A DNA stretch of 64,000 nucleotides from Octopus vulgaris (lineage: Eukaryota), in NCBI GenBank assembly GCA_951406725.2, contig OX597817.1, forward strand, positions 79,546,001 to 79,610,000, written 5' to 3'. This document shows positions 54,965-64,000 of the stretch, in pieces. A program made the translations under genes and the position numbers. Positions within the stretch are counted from its first letter, which is position 1. The number at the start of each line of letters is the position of its first letter. The notes below the pieces were generated by a model. That model made no database searches and was not told the origin of the DNA. It was given only the letters and a program-made list of their open reading frames with translations.

Positions 54965-55499
54965 CTGTGCTTTTATAGCTCTCCTATTTGACTATTTCAC
55001 TGTGCTATCAATGTGCCCAGACACACAAACACGTGCACAAATATGCATACATACACACTTGCACAAACCCTCATTTACACACACACACATACACACACAA
55101 GTGTATAATTCAGCTAATTATTTAAACGCAAGGCCTGAAATTCAATGGAGGGTCGTCTCTTCAACAAGTATTTACGGTAAAACTAAAATACACTTCCTTA
55201 CACCGTTCTGCATATCACAACATTTATATTTAAACATGACTTAGTGGTCTTTTTTCCTTTCTGCTCAAGTACAGGTGCACACATCCATACATACGCCCAA
55301 CAAATATGCACACCAATACACCTTACCCCATGCCTGCTAATAAATGTGTACACACTGTGATACAAGTAATTTCATAACTGTCCATATTTTTCCCTCCTCA
55401 CTGCACTTCATGAGACAAATTTTTAACTGGTTTAAACCCTTCGTCTTATTCAGAAAATAGTATTAAGTTCAGTCCCGCCCATACCTCATTCACACTCAC

Positions 55500-55625
55500 A
55501 CGCGTTCTTTCTTCCATTCTTCTCCTTTTCAATCCGAAGAAGGTCAAAAACTCGAAACGTCAAAGTCAGTAAATTCTCTAACTTTTCTTTCGAGTATCCA
55601 ATGCTTCGTTTTTAAGTATAATATG
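55500..55625 (+). mobile_element. Penelope-like terminal repeat remnant with degenerate hammerhead
   Basis: CCGAAGA AGG tcaaaaa CTC GAAAC GTC at ~55534-55561; resembles the 44.7 kb motif. Confidence 0.45.
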
Positions 55626-56421
55626 AATGATTGTGCGTGTTTGTACGTTTATTTCTATGCTCGTGTGCATGCGTTTGTGCATGTTTGTAGTTTGTGTGTG
55701 CGTGTATGTGCATATGGATGTGTGTGCGTGTGTGTGTGTGTATGTGTGTGTGTGTGTGTGTGTGTGTAAGATACAGAGAAAGAGTATGTGTATGTGTGGA
55801 GAGGGAGAGAGAAAGAGATAAACAGATGGACAGAAAAATACATATATGTAGGTATATGTAAAATATATTTATAGTTTAGAATCTAAATTTACACGAAACA
55901 ACTTAATGTGCATGTACATAGGCTCGCACAAATTAATGCAACGTATCTAAGTTGTATGGATGCCTTTATGCATAAATGCATGCATTCATATACACAAGCG
56001 TACTCGTATGTATATTTTTTCATGTTAATTTATCTAAGATAAACGAAGATTGCGTACACAAATACACACATAAAAAAACACATATACGGAGAGTATAATT
56101 CTACAGAAATATATATTCAGTATTGTTCATTAAGTTCACGTTGTGTTATATAATGTTATATGCGTACATCAAAGAATGTGATTACATATCGCTACACAAA
56201 TTCCTATGTATATATGTACCATGTCACTGTGTGATTGTGTGCTCATGTGTGAACGCATGCAGTATTCCTTACAACATTTCACAAATGTATTTCATACCTA
56301 CCTTTCAGAGACATAATTTTCCCAAACTCTGAACTAATGTTGACCAATACATTGTGTAAAAGGGTAATAAAACCACCAAAAATAGTAACGCATCACCTTT
56401 GCATACCCGGAAAAACACAAC

Positions 56422-56495
<74 letters not shown>

Positions 56496-57284
56496 TGTGT
56501 AAATACATATGCACACTCACACACACACAAATATCTGTATATATATACATATATATTTATACATCGGTATATTATATGCAGATACATTTATATATAACTC
56601 TGTACAATAAATTTATTATATATATTTAAATGTATAAATATATGTATCTCTAAAAATCTTATGTATACTTAAGTATATATAAATTTACACATACATATGC
56701 ATGGATATACGTATATACCTGTATATATACACACATATATAGATATATATGAACATATATATATATGTATGCATGTATGCATATAACTATATATATATAT
56801 ATATCATATATATATATATATATATATATATGAACATATATATATATATATATATATATATTACACACATACGCACACATAAGTATTTGTACGGCCATTA
56901 TGATACCCGAATCAATGTTTTAAAGTTTAACTGCCTTCTTTTTTTCTCTCCTCTTCTCTCACTCAAACAAAACATGCTAGACTAATATATCTCATTGTAT
57001 GGATACTTAAAAGGAAAATTTCAAATATATTCAAAGGAGTTTTATTGTTATTTATTGAACTGTTTTGATCCATATAGTCATTTCACTACACTTTTTTTTT
57101 GTTACTGAAAAATTAATGTATCACAGAAAAAAAAACAAGTAATTTTTTATAAGATTTGCTTATTTCTGTATCTGTCCATCCGTCTCTCTGTATATTTGTT
57201 TTCTGAATATCCGTCTAGCTATCTAACCTTTTTGCCTACTTTAATACCTTCGTCTTGTTTTTTGATTTTGGTTTTTATTTGCAG

Positions 57285-57387
57285 TCATGTGTTTCTCCAT
57301 CAGGAGTGCTGTGCAGTGACCATGGCAAAGATGTTTAATTCTCACAAGCACAACTATATCATTCTATATAGTTATAATATATTCTAT
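57285..57387 (+). CDS. candidate exon HVFLHQECCAVTMAKMFNSHKHNYIILYSYNIFY (may be non-coding)
   Basis: Acceptor ggtttttatttgcag| and donor TAT|gtaagt. Confidence 0.25.
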
Positions 57388-57759
57388 GTAAGTAAGTATA
57401 ATATATAGGTTTATTATGCATATTTCATTAATGTAAGGACAAAGTGCACTTACTCACAATAGAATGAACGTGTAATTCAAATGTTGAAATGTTTGTTGTA
57501 GTGAAGTGAAAGAGAACCATCTCTGTACACATCCTATTATGTATACTTCCACTCAGTAATTAGTTACCTAGGTCAGAAGGGTAGAATTGGACACCGGGTT
57601 GTGCTTACCAATGTCAGAGTACATCCCCGTAGTGAGGGAGAGACTGAAGCGTTTGGTGAGTATAAGCGCAGGTTCTGGGACGTAGCACATCAGTGCGATA
57701 GAAGCAGTATTGTCAGGGTCGGTGGCATTACATACATACATACAATACATACATACATC

Positions 57760-58158
57760 TTTCCTACTCTAGGCACAAAGCCCGAAAATTTGGGAGAGTG
57801 GAGCCAGTCGATTAGATCAACCCCAGTACGTAACTGGTACTTAATTTATCGACCCTGAAAGGATGAAAGGGAAAGTCGACCTCAGCAGAATTTGAACTCA
57901 GAACGCAACGACAGACGAAATACCTATTTCCTTACTACCAACAAGGGGCTAAACACAGAGAGGACAAACAAGGACAGACAAACGGATAAAGTCGATTATA
58001 TCGACCCCAGTGCGTAACTGGTACTTTATTTATCGAACCTGATAGGATGAAAGGCAAAGTCGACCTCGGCGGAATTTGAACTCGGAACACAATTACAGAC
58101 GAAATACCGTTAAGTATTTCACCCGGCATGCTAACGTTTCTGCCAGCTCCCTGCCTTC
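57760..58158 (-). mobile_element. SINE family A dimer
   Basis: Two tandem GGATGAAAGG.AAAGTCGACCTC cores. Confidence 0.9.
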
Positions 58159-58269
58159 CTACATACATAAATGAATATATCATGATGGTTACTTCCTCGT
58201 TCTATATAAGTATAAGATAACGATACCGGTACGTCAAGCGATGACTGTAAATGAAGCTTTTAAAAGTTC

Positions 58270-58525
58270 AGTATTATTGAACATTTATGGTGCATTTTAG
58301 AAAAACAAGTAAGGAGTTGATACCCTCCACCATCATCACTACAAGAACTGGAGAGTGTTTTAGCTGAAGAATGGGCAAACATTCCTTTGGAAACAATTCA
58401 AACTTTGTACGAGACCATACCTCGTAGAATTCAAGCTGTAATTACTGCCAAAGGCGGCCCTACCCCATATTAAAATAAATTTGCTTGAAATTTTAAGGTG
58501 TTTCCATTATTCTTTCCAAGCCCTT
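58270..58525 (+). mobile_element. Tc1 3' end, same family as 42200-43230
   Basis: IIEHLWCILEKQVR...IPRRIQAVITAKGGPTPY*, TIR GGTGTTTCCATTATT, then TA. Confidence 0.9.
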
Positions 58526-58592
58526 ATATATGTATATATATATAGGGATGGTATTATTAAAATACCATCACAAGTGCCGTACAGGCAAATTA

Positions 58593-58958
58593 ATAAAATA
58601 TATACATACAATATTAGATATGTACATATATAAACAAGGGTACTACATGAGCACCTATATCGCTAATGATAACAGTCAAAAAATACTTCTGTACCAATGA
58701 ATAGTCACAAACCTATTACAGACAAGATAGGAAAAAATATCAGTGAACAATTATAATGTCTTACCTCAAATGGGTCAGAACAAGTAAATGCTGGTCAACT
58801 TGGTACCGGTTTCGAAATTTAGCGCCACCTAGGCGCGGGATTTGTGACTATTCGGTGGTACAGAAGTGTTTTTGACTTCTATCATTAGTGATATAGGTAC
58901 TCATGTAGTACCCTTGTGTATATATGTACATATCTAATATTGTATGTATATATTTTAT
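58593..58958. repeat. inverted repeat with ~120-bp arms (58593-58713 and 58838-58958), probably an inverted Penelope-like terminus
   Basis: CAAGGGTACTACATGAG versus CTCATGTAGTACCCTTG. The spacer has minus-strand CGAAACCGGTA, and the whole lies in (TA)n. Confidence 0.85.
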
Positions 58959-58977
58959 ATATATATATATATATATG

Positions 58978-59009
<32 letters not shown>

Positions 59010-59566
59010 TGTATGTATGTATGAACATACATGTATATGTATATACACACACCTAAATTATTTTCCCTAGTTTCAGGCATTAGACAGCAACCATGCTGGG
59101 GTACCGTCTCGAAAGTTTTGGTTCATTAAATCGATCCTAGAGCTTATTTAAAGTCATATAGTTATCTCACCGTCTCTGTTTGCTGAACCGCTAAGGATAC
59201 GATAGCATGATAACATGAACATTGTCCAATTTCTCAAAGGTAAGCGCGCGCGCGCACACACACAAACACACACACACACAAATACATGCACATGCATGTT
59301 TAAATGAAATTGCATTCAAAAGCGCTGATCTCGTCTGCCTCTAATAGAAGGTACTTGCCCAAGGGTTTGCCTGCACCTTTTTACACATTAAATTGCTTTT
59401 AACATAAATCATATTTTATAAATTTGACACGTATTGTCTTTATATGAGGTGAAAATTGATTTTGTTAAAAGGTGAGGTCAGTGTCGGAAGGGATTTTAAT
59501 ACTAATATTTGATAAATTGATAAACGAAATCGATGTGAGAGCTGCCATATTTGTGTATAAGACATA

Positions 59567-59623
<57 letters not shown>

Positions 59624-59822
59624 GTACATACGTATACAGACACATATATAATATATATAATATACATGTATATACTATATGCATATATGCATAAATCATA
59701 CACATATATACATTATATATATATGCATATTTATGTATTTACATACATATTTATACATACTTGCAAATATATACATTTATATAATCATACATAAAATAGA
59801 TATGCATATATATAATAATATA

Positions 59823-59867
<45 letters not shown>

Positions 59868-59916
59868 GTACATATGCATATATACATATATATATATACA
59901 GATATAGATATATGTA

Positions 59917-59991
<75 letters not shown>

Positions 59992-60106
59992 ATGTATGTA
60001 TTACAAATATTATATATATATAATATATATATACATATATATATGTATGTATATATATGTATAGATAAATAGATAGATAGATGTATATGCATACACACAC
60101 ACACAC

Positions 60107-60148
<42 letters not shown>

Positions 60149-60306
60149 TTCACATACACACATTCACACGCACGCATGTATATGCAAGAGGTGTGTTTAG
60201 GTTTATTCGTCTATTCTTTTAAAATTTATTTTATCAATTCCAATAGCAGAATAACCTAAACTATTTCCCCTGTCATCTGCCTTAATGAAGACATTGCATG
60301 ACTTAC

Positions 60307-60333
60307 AGAACACGAAAAATTGCCTACTCCCAG
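60307..60333 (-). other. candidate 27-nt microexon
   Basis: Minus strand tctgttttctcttcag|CTGGGAGTAGGCAATTTTTCGTGTTCT|gtaagt; frame-preserving length. Confidence 0.4.
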
Positions 60334-61044
60334 CTGAAGAGAAAACAGATGATACAACAAACAACTCTATTATTTCTTTGTCTCTTTGCGTTTCTCATTC
60401 CCGATTCTTACTTATTGTTACTGTTCATATTCTTACGTTTTAGGTGAGAGTAGGTTTTATCTTCAATTGTTAGAGTAGGAAATTAAATATATTTATAAAT
60501 CTTCTTTTTTATTTTCCTTTAAATTACAGAGAATTTTTTCATCAAAACTTTACATGATCCTATATATATATGTGTGTGTGTGTATGTGTATGTGTATATG
60601 TGTGTGTGCATGTGTATGTGTATATGTGTGTGTGTGTGTGTGTACTCAAATCTCGTAATCTATTTCTTTTTTCTTTGTCTTTCTTTTTTCATATGTCGTT
60701 CTTAATATTCTAATTTATTTTACCAAACAGTATCAGCAAATTTCTGGATAAAGCCACAAGTCATAACACTAACATTTTTGAAATGAAATAGTTGTTATCT
60801 TAAATTTCTTGGAAATTATTTTTCTTTTTCTTTTTTTTGTCATCATTAATTTTGGCTTATGATAAAGATACTCGAATGTAACTATGTCTGCGTGCATACA
60901 TGCGTCTGCTCACTTGTCTAAGCATGTTTTTATTTGGTGTTTATTTTAACCCATTACTCTTGAAAAAATTATAGAAGTTATATCAAGAAACGTCTATATA
61001 TATGCACACATTTATGTATATGTATATATATGTATGCATTTATA

Positions 61045-61109
<65 letters not shown>

Positions 61110-61517
61110 CTGTCTGAGCATGAGCGAGCCTGCGTGAATGTATTCATTCCTCCTAAGGATAACATTAAATTCTGCGTGCGCGCGTATATGTGTGTGTATG
61201 TGTGTTTGTGTTTGTGTTTGTGTGTGTACGTGCGTATATGAGTAAATGTGTATATGTATGAGTATGTTTCAATTTCTTTTTTACTGATGCTCTTTTTTCT
61301 GCTTTTTTCCCCATTAGTTTGTAACTATGAAATAAATAAGATTTGAAAGATATATCACATTCTCATGGAAAATAACTGTTTATATGACATGGAATTAGAA
61401 AATATTTGCCGTGAAAATAATTTGTACCTTAACTCGTAACCTTATTGGGAAATCTCCGAAAAACATTTGAAAATCTATATTTTGTAAAGGAACATGGTTT
61501 ATTGTGAAAACACATAT

Positions 61518-61890
61518 CTTAGTGGTTAGGGCGTGGCTCTCACGATTGCCAGAACGCGGTTTCGACTCCCAGACCAGACGTTGTGTTGTGTTCTTGTGCG
61601 AAATACTTCATTTCACGTTGCTCTAGTGTTGTGTAGGGACCGACATGTCAAAGAATAAACTCAACGTTTCATCCTGCGTGTCGTAAAAAGCGACTAAGCG
61701 GTTGAGGTACGAAGTGCAATCAGACCTCGCAAAACCCTCAACAGCAACGACTACTCAAACAAGTCCATGGGTTGGAGAGTGTTCCCGCCTAAGTGGTGCA
61801 AAGGTTGCCGCCAAAGTGGTGCCAGGAGTAGTAGGGAATCACGAAAAAATGGTGGATGCAGTGACGTGCTGTTACAGTGCATGACTCCCA
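61518..61890 (+). mobile_element. tRNA-headed SINE with a distinct 3' body and (CTA)n tail
   Basis: AGTGGTTAGGGCG..GGTTTCGACTCCC head and CGTGTCGTAAAAAGCGACTAA stem-loop. Confidence 0.65.
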
Positions 61891-61895
61891 TACTG

Positions 61896-62005
<110 letters not shown>

Positions 62006-62789
62006 CTTAGCTAATGTTCCTTTATAGAGTATTTTGTCTCAATTGTGACACATATGAGATTTTACCAATCACTCATGTTGTTGTTGTTGTTGTTGTTGCC
62101 ATTATTCTTCTCCTTCTTCTTCTTCTCCTCTTTCTTCTTCAGCTGTTGGTCAACTCTGATCAACCCCTATCTATCAGTAAAAGCCACCTAAGCTCCAATC
62201 ATCCCAGCAGATAACAAATGTAGGATTGCATTATTCAATGTATCCTTCTCTTTTTTACGGCTGCGGTTTTTAAAGGAAGTTTAGCCGCTATTTCTAGCAG
62301 ACCGGCAGATCATGTATAGGTCTTTCCATTGCCTTGACATACAATAAGGAACTGAGAACATAGATAATGTGTTCCATATGATATTACCTCACAAAAGCAC
62401 ATCATTAGTCTTCTGGCATCATGATGTCTCATCATCATCATCATCATCATCATCATTTATTTTGGGGATTTCACTATTTGTGACATGAAGAATTCATCTC
62501 AGCTTTTGAAGTTATGATGCCATCAAAAATTTTTAATGCAATATAGTATTAAGAATTGGGTGTACCCATTCCGTGACAGTTCTTTAATCTCTGCGAACCC
62601 ATTTGTCGTTGTTTTTGTTGCTGTTGTTGCTGATGTTACTGCTGCTACTGTTGTTGGTCAACCCTGATCTAGCAGACCAGTAATCAAATAGCATTCCTGC
62701 CATGCCCATCCCGACGTTTGTTTTCTGACATAGCCTGTGTGTCTAAGATTTAATATGTTGCTAAATGTATTATTTATATTAAGCAAGTA

Positions 62790-63400
62790 GTGTCTAGCAT
62801 GAACTGAATGCAGTTTGCAGTAAATGTTAAGCCTTCAAAAATCATTATCTGCAATATTTACAGCGAAGATCTGAAACGATCCTAAGTACATTCTGACAAA
62901 TTTCAATGCAGTATGTTAATCGCTGTTGTGTACGTCACAGAAGAACAACTCCTTTCTCTTAAGACGTCAATGTATTCATAACACACTCGGATTATTGGCG
63001 CAAGAGATTTTGGGACATCAGTGTTTCGACATCTGGTATCTCATTAGTCAGAATTATCCGGATCCCTTTAAGCCGAAACAAACCACTGGTTCTGCTTAGA
63101 ATTTTAGTGAATAAATGGTTTTCTGATCAATGCTAATATCTGCCAATCGATTAAAAATCATTATTTTCGCTGTATATAGCAAGATCTGAAACAAACACAT
63201 GACACATAGATCGAAAACGAACATATTGTCGAGGTAAAAGGGAGAAGTTGTTCTGTGACTTATACAACAATGACTAGCATATTTACATTAGAGAGTCTAT
63301 AGGAACGTATTAAAAATAAATATGCCAATCATCGTTTCAACAGAACAACGACGTAAGCAAGAAAATAATTCTAGAGATTTTTTTCTTTTTTGGCAGCAAT
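62790..63400. repeat. third locus of the retrozyme-like unit: ~1.2 tandem copies plus an inverted partial copy (63230-63400)
   Basis: AAAAATCATTAT...AAGATCTGAAAC at ~62837 and ~63153. AATTTCAATGCAGTATGTTAATCGCTGTTGT matches GATTTCAATGTGAATATGTTAACCTCTGTTGT at ~1246. Confidence 0.7.
63007..63054 (-). ncRNA. degenerate minimal type-I hammerhead ribozyme (best-preserved copy)
   Basis: Minus strand: ATTCTGA CTAATGA GATA ccaga TGTC GAAAC ACTGAT GTC CCAAAAT. One core change (G to A); GUC triplet intact; stem I partly mismatched. Confidence 0.6.
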
Positions 63401-64000
63401 GAGAGATTACATTATTTAGAATGGGACTTGTGGATGTGGCAAAGTTGAAATAAGATGTGATATGTGTATATCCCGTGGACTTTGTAGGTGGAGCACAATT
63501 TGATAGTTGAGAAATGAGGAGAAACATTGTAGCAATGGTAAAAAAGTCGATGAGAGGTTAAATTAAGTATGTGTTTTAGTGGTTGCTTGGCTATTGTCCT
63601 CGCCATCGCTGTTATCGTTTACTTCAGGTCATCTGCGTTAATGAGAAGGTATGTTCTCAAACAGTATTGTATCTTTGACGATTCCATCGTTTTAGGGGAT
63701 CCGAGTACTACATTGTTGAAAGCATCACTTTCTTTTTTAATAAAGAAGGGTGTGACACGAGTAGATTTGACTGCTATTTATGGTGGATCTAGGGACCATC
63801 TAGAGACTCCTTCAGTGGCTCGAAGGTTACTAGTTGTAATGAGTTGAGTAGTTCTTAAGCAATTATCATATTTGTCTATGCATCATATAATTGTATATAA
63901 CATCAGAATACATCTCTAGTTTACGGAGCAGTACTCTAATCCGACTCACTATTTGGCCTTGTAGAGAGTTTGCAACTAAAGCCTGTTTTTGACCCTAAGG

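Overview
AT-rich, microsatellite-saturated animal DNA. The SINE families look like those of coleoid cephalopods, probably Octopus (inferred from repeat recognition). No intact long CDS is present, and nearly all listed ORFs are translated simple repeats. The window holds several tRNA-derived SINE families, R4/Dong-type and RTE-type LINE fragments, Penelope-like (GIY-YIG) fragments, and Tc1/mariner/pogo-type elements. Two of the DNA elements are rearranged: a fold-back mariner inside a LINE RT motif, and a mariner-Tc1 chimera. There is also a tRNA-Leu pseudogene with an altered anticodon and a set of candidate small exons of an unidentified gene. The most interesting signal is an unannotated ~320-350 bp unit found in tandem and inverted copies at three loci (0.9-1.6, 4.6-5.3 and 62.8-63.4 kb). 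Its by-eye consensus rebuilds a complete minimal type-I hammerhead ribozyme, so it may be a fossil non-LTR retrozyme family. All alignments were done by eye and coordinates of decayed repeats are approximate.
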